Position numbers and translations under genes: made by a program. The notes beneath the pieces were generated by a model. That model ran no database searches, was not told where the DNA came from, and worked only from the letters and a program-made list of their open reading frames with translations. DNA of 64,000 nucleotides from Lysobacterales bacterium (GTDB lineage Bacteria; Pseudomonadota; Gammaproteobacteria; Xanthomonadales; SZUA-5): assembly GCA_022844165.1 (NCBI GenBank), contig JALHMH010000022.1:1-64000 (forward strand), in the 5' to 3' direction. Positions 30,198 to 41,705 of this stretch are shown piece after piece (the stretch's first letter is position 1; each line of letters starts with the position of its first letter).

Positions 30198-30366
30198 CTA
30201 GAGTCCTTGACGGAGCCGGATCTGTACATTTGAGTCAAGTTTTCTGCGGAGCGGCTTTGGCTTTTACAGCCCCTTAAGTTAAGGGGCGCGCGAAGCGCGG
30301 GTTGTGGGCAATACGGTGTCTGGCGAAGCCAACAATGCTCTGCGGACTGAGGCGAAGCCTCGCTAG
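30198..30366 (+). repeat. Dispersed repeat family, copy C, bounded by CTAG at both ends
   Basis: CTAGAGTCCTTGACGGAGCCG...GGCGAAGCCTCGCTAG; the terminal CTAG includes the bamA stop codon. Confidence 0.88.
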
Positions 30367-32657
30367 AACTGATTGCCGAACGAGAACTGGATTCGCTCGA
30401 CGTCATCGCCTTCCTTGTCGTTAAGCGGATACGCGAGGTTGATGATAATCGGGCCCACGGGCGCCCGCCATTGCATCGTGAGGCCCGTCGAATAACGCAA
30501 CTCGCCCGCGTCGAAATCATCGATATCGCGATAGACATTGCCGACGTCCAGAAACCAGCCCAGGCGAATGGTATCAGCGCCTTTGGCAAAAGGTGTGGGA
30601 AACAGGAACTCGACGTTGCCGATCACGCTCATGGCGCCGCCAACAGGCAGCGGTTCGCCACCCGATAGTAAACGAGGGCCAAGCGTATTGTCGCGGAAGC
30701 CGCGCACAGATCGGACGCCACCTGAGTAGTAGTTCTCCCAAAATGGCAGGCCCAGGTCCTTTTTGTCGCCGCCATACGCATCGCCAAAGTTCAATTCGCT
30801 GTTGACCATCAGCGTGAACTTCTGCGTTAACGGGAAGTAACGTTGGTACTGCGCGCTGATTTTGTAGTACTCGATTTCGCTCGGTGGCAAGGTCACCTCA
30901 GCGGTCAATCGCATCAGCGAGCCGTCTGTGGGCGAGAAGAAGCGGTTGCGGCTGTCGCGGAACCACGAGGTCTCGAAGCGCAGGGAGTTGAAGGTCCGGT
31001 TGTCGAGGACAAATGGGATGTACTCGTCCGGCGTCAGCCCAGGGAAGATTTCGATCTTGGTGTGATCTGCCGCAAGTCTGAAGTTGACGCGATCAAACTC
31101 GCTCAACGGGATGCCATAGTTCACACCGATCTGACCCACATCGCTGGTGTAACTTGCGATGTTCGCCTGCCCAGAATCGAGTTCGCGGTAGCTCACATTG
31201 AAGCCGCGGCTCACGCCATCGTCTGTGTAGTACGGATTGAAATACGTCGCGTCGAAGCGTTTGAACACACTGTTGTTGCTCACCGCCAAACCGACCCGGT
31301 TGCCACTGCCCAGAAAGTTATCGAAGCTCAGGGCAACCGACAGGATGGCACCCTGTAGTTCCGAATAACCAACGCCGAACTGGAAGTTGCCGGTCTGTTG
31401 CTCATCGACTTTGATATTGACGTCGACCTGATCGTCGGTGCCGGCGACCTTGGGAGTTTCCACCTCTACGCTCTTGAAGAATCCGAGGCGCTCCAGGCGG
31501 ATTTTGGACCGATCGATCGCCGCCTGATTGAACCAGCCGCCCTCGAACTGACGCATTTCGCGACGCAAGACTTCATCCACCGTCTTGCTGTTGCCCTCGA
31601 AGTTGATGCGCCGCACATACACCCGCTTGCCCGGTTCGACCAGCAGTGTGATATCGACAGTGCGTTTTTCCCGATTCACCTGCGGCAATGGATTGACTTC
31701 AGCAAATGCATAGCCAAAGTTGCCCAGCAGGCGTTTGATGTATTCGGAACTCTGTTCCAGATTCCGGCGCGAAAAGGTCTCGCCTTTGTTGATCACAACG
31801 AGGCTCCGCAGCGTTTCCTCGTCGACGATGAACTCGCCGGTCAGGCGCACATCGCCCACCTGGTACACCTCGCCCTCGTTGACGTTCGCCGTCACGTAAA
31901 CGTTGCGCCGGTCTGGGCTGACGCTGACCTGGGTCGATTCGATATCGAAATCGACATAGCCGCGATCCAGATAAAAGGCTCGCAGTTTTTCGAGATCGCC
32001 GGAGAGTTTCTCACGGCTGTATTGGTCGTCGCGGCGGTACCAGGACAACCAGTTAGTGGTATCGAGCTCAAATCCGTCGCGGATTTCTTCGTCGGTGAAC
32101 GTGGTGTTGCCGACCACATTCAGATGGCGAATCTTCGCCGCCTTGCCTTCGGCAATCGTCAATGTCACGTTCACCCGGTTGCGGTCGAGCGTTGTTACAG
32201 ACGGCGATATCTTGACGTTGTATTTGCCGCGGTTGTTGTACTGACGCGTCAACTCCTGCGTCACGCGCTCGAGATTCAAGCGGTCGAATGTCTCGCCTTC
32301 GGCCAAGCCGATGTTCGTCAGGCCTTTTTGCAGCTCTTCGGTCTTGATGTCCTTATTGCCGATCAACTCGACTTTGGCGATCGCCGGCCGCTCGCGAACT
32401 GTGATGACCAGAATGTTACCCTGCCGGTCGAGGCGAACATCGTTGAAAAAGCCAGTGCGGTACAAGGCCCGCAATGCTTCGGCCGAGCGCGCGCGATTGA
32501 GTTGATCGCCCTTCTGCAAAGGCAGGTACGTGAACACAGTACCAGCCGAAATACGTTCGAGGCCATCGACGCGAATATCGGAAATTGTGAAATCTTCGAA
32601 CGCGAAAGCGGTCTGTCCGATGAGCGCCAGGATGAGCGCGGCGAGAGGTTTCTTCAT
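30363..32657 (-). CDS. bamA: Outer membrane protein assembly factor BamA
   Basis: POTRA domains (DIRVDGLERIS, VLRREMRQ), VRGF motif, C-terminal F. Confidence 0.97.
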   Translation of the reverse strand: MKKPLAALILALIGQTAFAFEDFTISDIRVDGLERISAGTVFTYLPLQKGDQLNRARSAEALRALYRTGFFNDVRLDRQGNILVITVRERPAIAKVELIGNKDIKTEELQKGLTNIGLAEGETFDRLNLERVTQELTRQYNNRGKYNVKISPSVTTLDRNRVNVTLTIAEGKAAKIRHLNVVGNTTFTDEEIRDGFELDTTNWLSWYRRDDQYSREKLSGDLEKLRAFYLDRGYVDFDIESTQVSVSPDRRNVYVTANVNEGEVYQVGDVRLTGEFIVDEETLRSLVVINKGETFSRRNLEQSSEYIKRLLGNFGYAFAEVNPLPQVNREKRTVDITLLVEPGKRVYVRRINFEGNSKTVDEVLRREMRQFEGGWFNQAAIDRSKIRLERLGFFKSVEVETPKVAGTDDQVDVNIKVDEQQTGNFQFGVGYSELQGAILSVALSFDNFLGSGNRVGLAVSNNSVFKRFDATYFNPYYTDDGVSRGFNVSYRELDSGQANIASYTSDVGQIGVNYGIPLSEFDRVNFRLAADHTKIEIFPGLTPDEYIPFVLDNRTFNSLRFETSWFRDSRNRFFSPTDGSLMRLTAEVTLPPSEIEYYKISAQYQRYFPLTQKFTLMVNSELNFGDAYGGDKKDLGLPFWENYYSGGVRSVRGFRDNTLGPRLLSGGEPLPVGGAMSVIGNVEFLFPTPFAKGADTIRLGWFLDVGNVYRDIDDFDAGELRYSTGLTMQWRAPVGPIIINLAYPLNDKEGDDVERIQFSFGNQF

Positions 32658-32759
32658 GCCGATGTAGCCTTTTGGGCGAGGTTTTGATCAATGCCGCGCC
32701 TCAAAGGGCGCGGTTCGTTGTGTGTTACTGGCGTCGTCGAGGCCGCGGAATGCTAACGC

Positions 32760-34103
32760 TTAGGATGCCACGAGGCGCGATATGTCGTTAAAGAATGCCA
32801 AACTCATCAGCGCCAATATGGCCGCCAGTCCGAAGTATTGCCCAATCAACTGGGTACGGTCGCTGACTGGCGAACCTTTCAACCACTCAGCCGTGCAATA
32901 GACCAGATGCCCGCCGTCAAGTACGGGAATCGGGAGCAGGTTCATGATGCACAGGCTCAGACTGATCAGGCCCAGGAACTCGAGGTACTTGGCGAGACCG
33001 CCTTCCGCCGAATAATTGGCGAACTGCGCAATGCTGATTGGGCCAGAGATGTTCTTCAGCTGCGCATTGCCCGCGATCATGTGCCAGATCACCTTGAAGC
33101 TGCCGACCGTCATGCGCCAGGCTTCGCTGACCGCAGCCGGCAAGGCCGCAATCGGCCCATAGGAGCGGGTTGTCGCGCGAACTTCAGGTGAGATGCCAAT
33201 TTGATATCGGATTTCGCCTTCGGCCTGCACTACGTCCGGCTTAATCAGTATCGATTCCTGCAGCGCTCCGCGGTTGAGCGTCAGACGCACGGTTCCGCCG
33301 CCAGCCTTCGCTGCCGCCTGCAGCGCATCGCGCATCTCGACAAAATTCTCGACCTTGGTCGCGTCGACTGCGGCAATCAAATCGCCCACCCGAAGACCCG
33401 CTTTCTCCGCCGGCGAATTCGGCGCTACCCAACCCACCTGGGCCGGCGGGTTCCAATGCCAGGGCTGGACACCTAGTTGCTCAAAAAAGCGCGACTCATC
33501 GACTGCGCCGATATCGCCTAAATTCAGCCGTCGGGTTGTCAGGTTGCCATTGGCCTGTTCGACTTCAATCGCAACGCTGGCATCACGATACGCTTTCGTC
33601 GTCAATTCGACGAGCACGTGTGTCCAGTTGCTCATGGGTTGTTCGTCGATGGCAATGATGCGATCACCGGCCAGCAAACCGGCGCGCTGCGCCAAACCTT
33701 CGGACTGGCCAACAACGGGCTGAAAGTCGCGCACGCCGACCATCAGCATGACCCAGAAAACCGCCAGCGCGAGCACCAGGTTGAACATCGGCCCAGCCAG
33801 CACGATCAGAAATCGCTGCCCCACCGGTTTGGCGTTAAAGGCCATGTGCCGCTGATGGACCGGTACGTCTTGATCGCGCTCATCGAGAAACTTGACGTAA
33901 CCGCCGAGCGGCACAGCTGCGACGACAAACTCGGTGCCATTGGCGGCCACCTTGCGCCAAAGCGGCTTGCCCAAGCCAATCGAAAAACGTTGTACATGCA
34001 CTCCAAATCGGCGCGCAACCCAAAAGTGGCCGAACTCATGAAACGTGATCAGCACGCTGGTTGCAACCAGAAACCAAAACACCGATCCAATAATTTCACC
34101 CAC
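32760..34103 (-). CDS. rseP: RIP metalloprotease RseP
   Basis: [13 protein letters not shown], two PDZ domains, [11 protein letters not shown]; GTG start inferred. Confidence 0.95.
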   Translation of the reverse strand: MGEIIGSVFWFLVATSVLITFHEFGHFWVARRFGVHVQRFSIGLGKPLWRKVAANGTEFVVAAVPLGGYVKFLDERDQDVPVHQRHMAFNAKPVGQRFLIVLAGPMFNLVLALAVFWVMLMVGVRDFQPVVGQSEGLAQRAGLLAGDRIIAIDEQPMSNWTHVLVELTTKAYRDASVAIEVEQANGNLTTRRLNLGDIGAVDESRFFEQLGVQPWHWNPPAQVGWVAPNSPAEKAGLRVGDLIAAVDATKVENFVEMRDALQAAAKAGGGTVRLTLNRGALQESILIKPDVVQAEGEIRYQIGISPEVRATTRSYGPIAALPAAVSEAWRMTVGSFKVIWHMIAGNAQLKNISGPISIAQFANYSAEGGLAKYLEFLGLISLSLCIMNLLPIPVLDGGHLVYCTAEWLKGSPVSDRTQLIGQYFGLAAILALMSLAFFNDISRLVAS

Positions 34104-35274
34104 AGACTGCCCCTTTGACGACCTGCATGGCCATATCGCGCGCCGCTCGATCCGCATCAAGCACGGCAGCGATGGAATGCGCCGATGATGTACCCAGACG
34201 ATTTAAGACCTCGTTAACTACATCGGCAATCGCAACAAAGCTAAGGTCGCCGTTCAGGAAGCCGTCAACCGCCACCTCGTTGGCCGCGTTCAAAATCGCT
34301 GGTGCCGTGCCGCCGGCGTCGAGCGCCGCAAATGCCAGGCGCAGGCACGGAAACGCATCCAGATCTGGTTCTGCGAAGTCAAGTCTCGCCAGCGCCAACA
34401 AGTCGAGCGATGGTGCGCCCGAGTCGATGCGTTCTGGCCAGCCTAACGCATGCGCAATTGGAATACGCATGTCGGCCGAGCCCAATTGCGCCAAAAAACT
34501 GCCGTCGATGTATTCGACAAGGCTATGCACTGTGCTTTGCGGGTGCACAAGCACACGAATCGCGGCACCCGGAAGCCCGAATAAATGATGCGCCTCGATG
34601 ACTTCAAGACCCTTGTTCATCAACGTTGCGGAATCGATGCTGATCTTTGGACCCATTTGCCAGTTCGGGTGCTTTAGCGCCTGGGCAGTCGTCACGTTCG
34701 CAAGCGCCCGGCGACTCATGCCACGAAACGGGCCGCCGGACGCCGTCAACCAGAGCCGACGCACGCCGCGCGGCGGCCGAGTGTGATCCTGTGGCAAGCA
34801 TTGAAAGATGGCATTGTGTTCGCTGTCGAGCGGCAACAGTGTTGCGCCGCTGCCCGCTGCCGCCGCGATAAGCAGTTCGCCGGCACAAACCAGTGCTTCT
34901 TTATTCGCCAGCAGCACGCGCTTGCCGGCCGCCACGGCGGCCATCGTCGATGGCAATCCGGCCGCACCAACGATGGCTGCAACAACCGTATCCACAGCGC
35001 CATCGGCAACGGCAGCGACGAGCGCATCGGCGCCACTTAGCACTTCTGTTTCGAGGCCAAGTTCGGTCAGTCGCGTTCGCAACCGCGCGGCGGCGCTCGC
35101 ATCGACCAGGATGGCACGCGCCGGCGCAAATCGTTGGCAAATTTCTGTCATTCCAACATCGTCTTGTCTTGCCGCCGCAACCGTGAGGACAAATCGGTCC
35201 GGGGATCGCGCCATGACATCCAGTGTATTGCGACCGATCGAGCCGGTTGCGCCGATGAGAGCGATGCGCTTCAT
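34096..35274 (-). CDS. dxr: 1-deoxy-D-xylulose-5-phosphate reductoisomerase
   Basis: GATGSIG, LANKE, DSEH, TASGGPF, HPNWQMG, NKGLE. Confidence 0.96.
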   Translation of the reverse strand: MKRIALIGATGSIGRNTLDVMARSPDRFVLTVAAARQDDVGMTEICQRFAPARAILVDASAAARLRTRLTELGLETEVLSGADALVAAVADGAVDTVVAAIVGAAGLPSTMAAVAAGKRVLLANKEALVCAGELLIAAAAGSGATLLPLDSEHNAIFQCLPQDHTRPPRGVRRLWLTASGGPFRGMSRRALANVTTAQALKHPNWQMGPKISIDSATLMNKGLEVIEAHHLFGLPGAAIRVLVHPQSTVHSLVEYIDGSFLAQLGSADMRIPIAHALGWPERIDSGAPSLDLLALARLDFAEPDLDAFPCLRLAFAALDAGGTAPAILNAANEVAVDGFLNGDLSFVAIADVVNEVLNRLGTSSAHSIAAVLDADRAARDMAMQVVKGAVCG

Positions 35275-36125
35275 AAGCCAATCACCGTTCGGCCGCACAA
35301 GAAAATCGGCATTGCAGCAAGCACGCTATCGATGCGATCGAGCATGCCGCCGTGGCCCGGCAGCAAACTGCCCGAGTCCTTCACCTTCGATTGCCGCTTG
35401 ATCAGGCTCTCGAACAAGTCGCCGACAATCGAAAACAACACCGTGACGAGCGCGAGTACGATCAACAGCCCATCGGCGATCGGGATGGCCGGCAACAGCC
35501 ATCCAGCTGCAGCGGCGAACAGCGCCGATCCGATCAGCGCGCCGATGACGCCTTCGATGGTCTTGCCAGGACTGATTCGTGGCGCCAGCTTGTGCTGACC
35601 GAATTGGCGGCCGGCGAAGTACGCCGACGAATCGGCGACCCAAATGAGTACAAGCACAAACAAAATCCACCAAGGCCCGCCAGCTGGGTCGCGGTGCATC
35701 AACCACGCTGCAACGAACGTGGGCACCACCATCATGCTGCCGACGATCACTTTGATTTCGCGATTGCGCAGGGTGGGTTCCTGGGCAAACTCAAAAGCAC
35801 GCAGCCAGACGATGGCTACGCACCACCAGATCGCACCGGCCCAGACGATCGGCATCAACAGGGCCTTGGGTTCTGCCCACCATAACCACAACATCAGCGC
35901 GGCGTTCGCAAGCACGATTAGCGAACGCAATCGCCGCAAGTTCAAACCGATGACGCGCGTCCATTCCCAAAGCGCAAAGCACAGAATCGCACCGAACAGC
36001 AGCGTGAACCACTCGGTGCGCAGATACAACACCCCGAGAACGGCGATCGGCGCCAGCACCAGAGCCGTCGCGATTCGCGTCATCACGCCACTTCCTTGCC
36101 AGCGGTTGAGCGCCTTATCCATCAT
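35271..36125 (-). CDS. cdsA: Phosphatidate cytidylyltransferase
   Basis: [35 protein letters not shown]. Confidence 0.95.
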   Translation of the reverse strand: MMDKALNRWQGSGVMTRIATALVLAPIAVLGVLYLRTEWFTLLFGAILCFALWEWTRVIGLNLRRLRSLIVLANAALMLWLWWAEPKALLMPIVWAGAIWWCVAIVWLRAFEFAQEPTLRNREIKVIVGSMMVVPTFVAAWLMHRDPAGGPWWILFVLVLIWVADSSAYFAGRQFGQHKLAPRISPGKTIEGVIGALIGSALFAAAAGWLLPAIPIADGLLIVLALVTVLFSIVGDLFESLIKRQSKVKDSGSLLPGHGGMLDRIDSVLAAMPIFLCGRTVIGL

Positions 36126-36877
36126 GGCTGACCTTGTGCAAGTTGTTCGCTTGTATGACCAAATCGCCTTTCGCGCCGCGCAAACTCGGCCAGCGCGGTC
36201 TGAAAGCACGCGGCGTCGAAATCTGGCCACAGCACCGGCGTGAAGTACAGCTCGGTGTAAGCCAGATGCCACAAAAGAAAGTTACTGATCCGCGCTTCGC
36301 CGCCTGTGCGAATGAAGAGATCTGGTTCGGGCAGCGGCGCCAGCGACAGGTGACTCTCCAGCGCAGCTTGATCGATATCGTCGATCTCGATACGCCCGGC
36401 CTTGACATCGGCCGCCAACGCCCGCGTCGCGGCGAGAATGTCCCAACGACCACCGTAGTTGACCGCAATGTTCAGGGTCAGTCGGTGGCTCGCCACCGTG
36501 GCCGACTCACTCTCACCCATCGCACGCTGCAAATCGCTGGAAAAACGCGTGCGGTCTCCGATGAATCGCAGGCGCACGCCGTTCTCCGCCAACTCTCGTG
36601 TTTCTTTGCGCAGAGCCCGCAAGAACAGCTCGAGCAAGTGTTGCACCTCACCCGGCGGGCGCGACCAGTTCTCGCTGCTGAAAGCGAACAATGTGAGCAC
36701 GTCGACACCGGCGCGAAGCGCCGCCTCAATGACATTGCGAACCGCGTGCACCCCGGCGCGATGCCCGAACGCGCGCGGACGCTTGCGCAGTTTCGCCCAA
36801 CGGCCATTGCCATCCATAACGATGGCAATGTGCCGTGGAACCCTGGGCGCAGACGCGGGCGAAACCGCCAAGGTCAA
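36122..36877 (-). CDS. uppS: Undecaprenyl diphosphate synthase
   Basis: HIAIVMDGNGRWA, FSSENW, IRTGGEARISNFLLW. Confidence 0.96.
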   Translation of the reverse strand: MTLAVSPASAPRVPRHIAIVMDGNGRWAKLRKRPRAFGHRAGVHAVRNVIEAALRAGVDVLTLFAFSSENWSRPPGEVQHLLELFLRALRKETRELAENGVRLRFIGDRTRFSSDLQRAMGESESATVASHRLTLNIAVNYGGRWDILAATRALAADVKAGRIEIDDIDQAALESHLSLAPLPEPDLFIRTGGEARISNFLLWHLAYTELYFTPVLWPDFDAACFQTALAEFARRERRFGHTSEQLAQGQP

Positions 36878-37440
36878 AGCTGCATCAACTCGTCTTCTTT
36901 TTGCCTGGTGACCGCATCGACTTCCTTCACCATGCGATCTGTCAGCTTTTGGATGTCTTCCTCTGCTCTTCGATCGTCGTCTTCCGTGATCGCTTTGGCT
37001 TTGAGCAGCTCTTTACAATGGTGATTCGCATCGCGGCGCACGTTGCGAATCGCCACTTTCGTGTTTTCGCCCTCGTGCGAAACCACTTTCGCCAGGTCTT
37101 TGCGCCGCTGCTCGGTCAGCGGCGGCAAAACGATGCGTATGGTCTGGCCGGCGGTATTCGGGGTCAGCCCCAGATCCGACGTCATGATGGCACGCTCAAC
37201 GGCGACTACCATCGGTTTTTCCCATGGCACCACTGTTATGGTGCGCGCGTCGGTAACGGTCACATTGGCGACCTGGCTGATGGGCACGTCGCTGCCGTAG
37301 TAGTCCACGCGCAAATGGTCGAGCAACTGTGCCGATGCGCGCCCTGTGCGCAACTTCATCAATTCGTTTTTCAGTACCTCAATACATTTTTTCATCCGCG
37401 TTTCGGCATCGGCCTTGATAGCCGGGATCGTCGTCGCCAT
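36874..37440 (-). CDS. frr: Ribosome recycling factor
   Basis: LRTGRA, VDYYG, PPLTEQRRKDL, IRNVRRDAN. Confidence 0.97.
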   Translation of the reverse strand: MATTIPAIKADAETRMKKCIEVLKNELMKLRTGRASAQLLDHLRVDYYGSDVPISQVANVTVTDARTITVVPWEKPMVVAVERAIMTSDLGLTPNTAGQTIRIVLPPLTEQRRKDLAKVVSHEGENTKVAIRNVRRDANHHCKELLKAKAITEDDDRRAEEDIQKLTDRMVKEVDAVTRQKEDELMQL

Positions 37441-37573
37441 GGCTGGATTTCCTTAACTGTTGCAGACGGCGGCGGAGTATAGGCGGTTGCGGCATGCGGG
37501 CGGGCACCTGGGCGCGAAGGCTCAGGGCACAAAACCGAACCGTGCGCACCGATAGCGATCTGGCAAGGATCGC

Positions 37574-38362
37574 TTAGGCCGCCGTCCAGCCGCCGTCCAT
37601 GCTGATATTGCTGCCGGTCATCTGCGCGGCAGCCGGGCTGATCAGGAACATCGCCATCGCAGCGACCTGATCGACGGTGACAAATTCTTTGGTCGGCTGC
37701 GCAGCCAGCAGCACATCACGCTTGACCTGCTCTTCGGTCATACCACGCGCTTTCATCGTGTCGGGGATCTGCTTTTCGACCAGTGGCGTCCAAACATAAC
37801 CCGGACAAATCGAGTTGACCGTGATGCCAAAGGTTGCCAGTTCCAGCGCCACCGACTTGGTGAAGCCGGCGATACCATGTTTGGCCGCTACGTAGGCGCT
37901 CTTGAACGGTGAAGCGACAAGCGCATGCGCGCTCGCAGTGTTGATGATCCGCCCCCATCGGCGCAATTTCATCTGCGGCACTACAGCGCGCGTGGCATGG
38001 AATGCCGCAGACAAGTTGATCGCGATGATCTGATCCCACTTCTCCGGTGGAAAATCCTCTACCGGCGAGACGAACTGAACTCCCGCGTTGTTCACCAGGA
38101 CATCCACGCCACCCATCCAATCGATGGCGTCTTTAACCATCGCCCCGATCGCGGCACCGTCACGCATATCGGCATTGGAGTAAAAAGCGCGCACGCCGAA
38201 GTCACGCTCAATCGCTGTACGCTGGGCTTCGATTTCGACCAGGTCCCCAAGTCCGTTGAGCGTGACATGCAAACCCTCCCGCGCACAAGCACGGGCGATC
38301 GCCAGGCCAATGCCGCTGGTTGAGCCCGTAATCAGTGCGTTGCGCGGCGAGTAGATGCTCAT
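37574..38362 (-). CDS. 3-hydroxybutyrate dehydrogenase (SDR)
   Basis: TGSTSGIG, NNAGVQ, SAHALVASPFKSAYVAAKHG, DGGW. Confidence 0.92.
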   Translation of the reverse strand: MSIYSPRNALITGSTSGIGLAIARACAREGLHVTLNGLGDLVEIEAQRTAIERDFGVRAFYSNADMRDGAAIGAMVKDAIDWMGGVDVLVNNAGVQFVSPVEDFPPEKWDQIIAINLSAAFHATRAVVPQMKLRRWGRIINTASAHALVASPFKSAYVAAKHGIAGFTKSVALELATFGITVNSICPGYVWTPLVEKQIPDTMKARGMTEEQVKRDVLLAAQPTKEFVTVDQVAAMAMFLISPAAAQMTGSNISMDGGWTAA

Positions 38363-38504
38363 ATTCAGATCAGACTCTCGGAATCCCATTCCAGCATGCC
38401 AACGAAGCGGTTCAACGAATGCTGGTCATTAGGACGATGGCGCAGATGGCAATCAGCCAGAACAACCGATCGGCGATGTCACCACTATGCCCCCGGAAAA
38501 CCGG

Positions 38505-39515
38505 TCAGACCGCCGCCCACACCTTGGCGGTATCCAGCATGCGATTGCTAAAACCCCACTCATTGTCGTACCACGCGAGCACTTTGACCAGCGTGCCACC
38601 CATGACCTTGGTCAACGTCGCGTCGTAAACGCTCGACCGTGGATCGTGGTTGAAGTCGACCGATACAAGTGGTTTCTTGTTGACCCCGAGTATGCCTTTG
38701 AGCGGACCGTCGGCGGCGGCTTGCACCGCGGCGGTGATCTCGTCCGCGCTGGTGGCGCGCGCAGCAACGAACGACAGGTCGACCACCGACACGTTGATCG
38801 TCGGCACACGCATTGCAAAACCATCGAGTTTGCCGTTCAACTCCGGCAGCACCAGGCCGACCGCGGCGGCAGCGCCGGTCTTGGTCGGGATCTGCGACAT
38901 CGTCGCCGAGCGGGCGCGGCGCAGATCGGAGTGATAGACATCGGTCAACACCTGATCGTTGGTGTAGGCATGGATCGTCGTCATGACGCCCTGCTGGATG
39001 CCGATCGTATCGTGCAGCACCTTGGCCAACGGCGCCAGGCAGTTGGTGGTGCACGATGCGTTCGAGACCACCGTGTGCGCACTCGACAGCACGTTGTGGT
39101 TCACGCCATACACCACGGTTGCATCGACATCGTTGCCGCCCGGCGCACTGATCAGCACGCGTTTGGCGCCTCCGGTCAAATGCGCGCCGGCTTTGGCTTT
39201 GCTGGTGAAGAGGCCTGTGCATTCGAAAACCATCTCGACACCCAACTCACCCCAAGGCAGCCTGGCCGGATCGCGCTCGGCCAACACACGAATGCGATCG
39301 TCACCGACCGTCAGATAGTTGCCATCGACGCCGACTGGCGTGGCGAAGCGGCCATGCGCGGTGTCGTATTGCGTCAAATGGGCATTGGTTGCCGCATCGC
39401 CCAAGTCATTGATTGCGACGATCTCGAATTCGCTGGTGCGGCCCGACTCGTAGAGCGCGCGAAGAATATTGCGCCCGATCCGTCCGTAGCCGTTGATGCC
39501 TACGCGCAATGCCAT
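38505..39515 (-). CDS. gap: Glyceraldehyde-3-phosphate dehydrogenase, type I
   Basis: [28 protein letters not shown]. Confidence 0.96.
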   Translation of the reverse strand: MALRVGINGYGRIGRNILRALYESGRTSEFEIVAINDLGDAATNAHLTQYDTAHGRFATPVGVDGNYLTVGDDRIRVLAERDPARLPWGELGVEMVFECTGLFTSKAKAGAHLTGGAKRVLISAPGGNDVDATVVYGVNHNVLSSAHTVVSNASCTTNCLAPLAKVLHDTIGIQQGVMTTIHAYTNDQVLTDVYHSDLRRARSATMSQIPTKTGAAAAVGLVLPELNGKLDGFAMRVPTINVSVVDLSFVAARATSADEITAAVQAAADGPLKGILGVNKKPLVSVDFNHDPRSSVYDATLTKVMGGTLVKVLAWYDNEWGFSNRMLDTAKVWAAV

Positions 39516-40003
39516 GGGTCCACTCCTGATCGATCGAAGAAAACACGCGAGAATAGCGACAGATCAGCGCGCCGGGAAATGACCTGGCAAGGTGTGGATA
39601 TGCTCAAACGCTGACAAAACAAGCAGCAGCACATGCAGCGCGGTACGCGCGCCGAGGAACGGCCCCGGACCGATCGGTGCCTCGTGCGCTTGCAATGGCA
39701 CCGTGAACCGGTGCTTGAGCGGCGGTGACGGCGCGATTGTCGCTGCCGCTGACGAAGCTGATCGATACGTATGGCGCATCCGGCAGTGGGCCCCAGCGCT
39801 GGCGCAAGTTGCTTGGCGATCTGCATAGCAGTGCGCACTATTCACGCGGATTGCCGAAATTCAAGAGCTCATTGTTGACCGCGACAATTGCAACTTGTTA
39901 CCTTTCGCGCCGCTTCTGATAGGAAGCACGGCAGCTCTCGGCCAGTCGGCAACGCGATGGGGATCGCGGAGGGCTCTCAATCACTTTAGATGGGGATACT
40001 TGC

Positions 40004-41683
40004 ATGCGTATGCGTTTGCGCGCGATTGCTTCAGCGATCGCTTTGTCGTTGGCCTTTTCCTCCCATGCGGCGAACACCGAGGACGCTTTTGCGGCCGGTT
40101 CGCTGCTGGTCTTGCCGTCGCCCGATGTCGCGAAGTTGCGCATGGACGATGCGAAGTCCACCGGCCCGTATCGCTATGGCGTCGGCATTCCGGTCGCAGA
40201 CTTTGCGATCAACGACAAGTCCGTGAGCAACTGGACGCGGGATGCCAACGGCGATTGGCAATGGCGCTTCGATCTGTCCTCGCCCGGCGCACGGACACTG
40301 GATTTCCACTTCGAGAAACTGAAGTTGCCGGCCGGCGCGAGGCTCACGATCAGTGGCGATGGCAAAGACAATGTGCGCCTGATCGATGCCAGTCAGTTGA
40401 ACTCGGAGCGCTATTCGTCGCCTTACATCGCAGGAGATCGCGCGACGTTGCAACTGTTCGTACCCAAAGGCGCGCGCGAGGAAGTCGCACTGTCGTTGGC
40501 CTCAGTCACGCACGGTTATCGCGGACTATTCGAAAGCGCCGAGACCACGCAGAAATCGGGTTCGTGCAATGTCGATGCAGCGTGTTCGGCCGGCAACGGC
40601 TGGCACGATCAGATGGCGTCCGTGGGGCAATACACCTTCAGCAGCGGCGGCAGCAGTTTCGTGTGTACCGGCACGCTGATGGCCAATACCGGCAACTCGA
40701 CAACGCCGTACTTCTTGACAGCCAATCACTGCATGAGCACGCAGACGGTTGCCAATACCATTGTCGTCTATTGGAACTACCAGAGCGCCAACTGCCGTGC
40801 GCCGGGATCCTCGTCGAGCGGCACGTCGCTCTCGCGCACCATTGCCAGCCATAACCAATCGGGCTCGACGCTGCGCGCAACCAATGCCGCCAGCGATTTT
40901 ACGCTGCTGCAGCTGTCAACCAATGTCCCGGTGGGCGCAAGTCCCTTCTTCTCGGGCTGGAGCCGCAGCACCACGGCGCCGACTTCCGCGCGCGGCATCC
41001 ACCATCCGGCCGGTCATGAGAAACGTTTCTCGACCGACAACAATGCGTTGACCGTGGCGAGTTATCTCGGCGCCGCTGGCTCAGGTTCCTCGCACTGGCG
41101 TGTCGGCAACTGGGAAGGTGGCACGACCGAGGGCGGCTCCTCCGGTTCGGGCCTGTGGGACCAGAACAGGCGTCTGGTTGGGCAGCTGCATGGTGGTTAC
41201 GCCGCGTGCGGCAACACCCAGGCCGATTGGTACGGGCGTTTATCGCAATCCTGGACAGGCGGTGGATCGAATGCAACGCGATTGTCGAATTGGCTGGACC
41301 CTGGCAATACGGGTGCCACAACCAAAGATGGCTATCGCTTGAGTGGCTTCTTTCAGACCACCACCGACGTCACCGTGAGCGACAACGCTACCGTGGAAAG
41401 TTCACTGACGGTCAGCGGTCGCAGCGGCAATGCACCGACAACACTGCGCGTGAACGCACGCATCATGCATACCTACATCGGTGATTTGAAAGTCGATCTG
41501 GTGGCGCCGAATGGCAGCGTCTTCACGCTGCACAATCGAACCGGCGCTGGGGCAGATAACTTGTATCAAACCTACCAGGTCAACGCCTCGGCTTCTGTCG
41601 CGAACGGCACTTGGCGGTTGCGCGTGAACGACAACGCGAATGGCGATGTCGGTTTCATCGACGTATTTAGTCTCCAGTTCTGA
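40004..41683 (+). CDS. Secreted lysyl endopeptidase (Achromobacter/Lysobacter protease I type) with C-terminal proprotein-convertase P domain
   Basis: Signal peptide plus propeptide; SGSCNVD; CTGTL..TANHC; SDFTLL; EGGSSGS; GQLHGG; DWYG; tail HTYIGDLKVDLVAPNG..NGTWRLRVND. Confidence 0.9.
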   Translation: MRMRLRAIASAIALSLAFSSHAANTEDAFAAGSLLVLPSPDVAKLRMDDAKSTGPYRYGVGIPVADFAINDKSVSNWTRDANGDWQWRFDLSSPGARTLDFHFEKLKLPAGARLTISGDGKDNVRLIDASQLNSERYSSPYIAGDRATLQLFVPKGAREEVALSLASVTHGYRGLFESAETTQKSGSCNVDAACSAGNGWHDQMASVGQYTFSSGGSSFVCTGTLMANTGNSTTPYFLTANHCMSTQTVANTIVVYWNYQSANCRAPGSSSSGTSLSRTIASHNQSGSTLRATNAASDFTLLQLSTNVPVGASPFFSGWSRSTTAPTSARGIHHPAGHEKRFSTDNNALTVASYLGAAGSGSSHWRVGNWEGGTTEGGSSGSGLWDQNRRLVGQLHGGYAACGNTQADWYGRLSQSWTGGGSNATRLSNWLDPGNTGATTKDGYRLSGFFQTTTDVTVSDNATVESSLTVSGRSGNAPTTLRVNARIMHTYIGDLKVDLVAPNGSVFTLHNRTGAGADNLYQTYQVNASASVANGTWRLRVNDNANGDVGFIDVFSLQF

Positions 41684-41705
41684 GCGTTACCCTCGGTGGG
41701 CCGCA

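Noticed and set aside
29993-30589. 198-aa ORF spanning the bamA end and the repeat; similar ORFs at 14374-14691 and 25208-25894
   Set aside because: These are translations of the dispersed repeat and of overlapping genes; the shared peptide TQxYRxGSVKD reflects DNA repeat identity, not a protein family.
32694-32713. Hairpin CCGCGCC-TCAAAG-GGCGCGG between rseP and bamA as an intrinsic terminator
   Set aside because: The stem is real but no clear U-tract follows on the transcribed strand, so function cannot be supported.
31398-39614. Long antisense ORFs opposite bamA (429 aa) and gap (375 aa)
   Set aside because: Shadows of conserved genes with strong codon bias.
39516-40003. Small ORFs or an RNA element between gap and the lysyl endopeptidase
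   Set aside because: Several overlapping short ORFs, none with recognisable motifs or a clear RBS; treated as a divergent promoter region.
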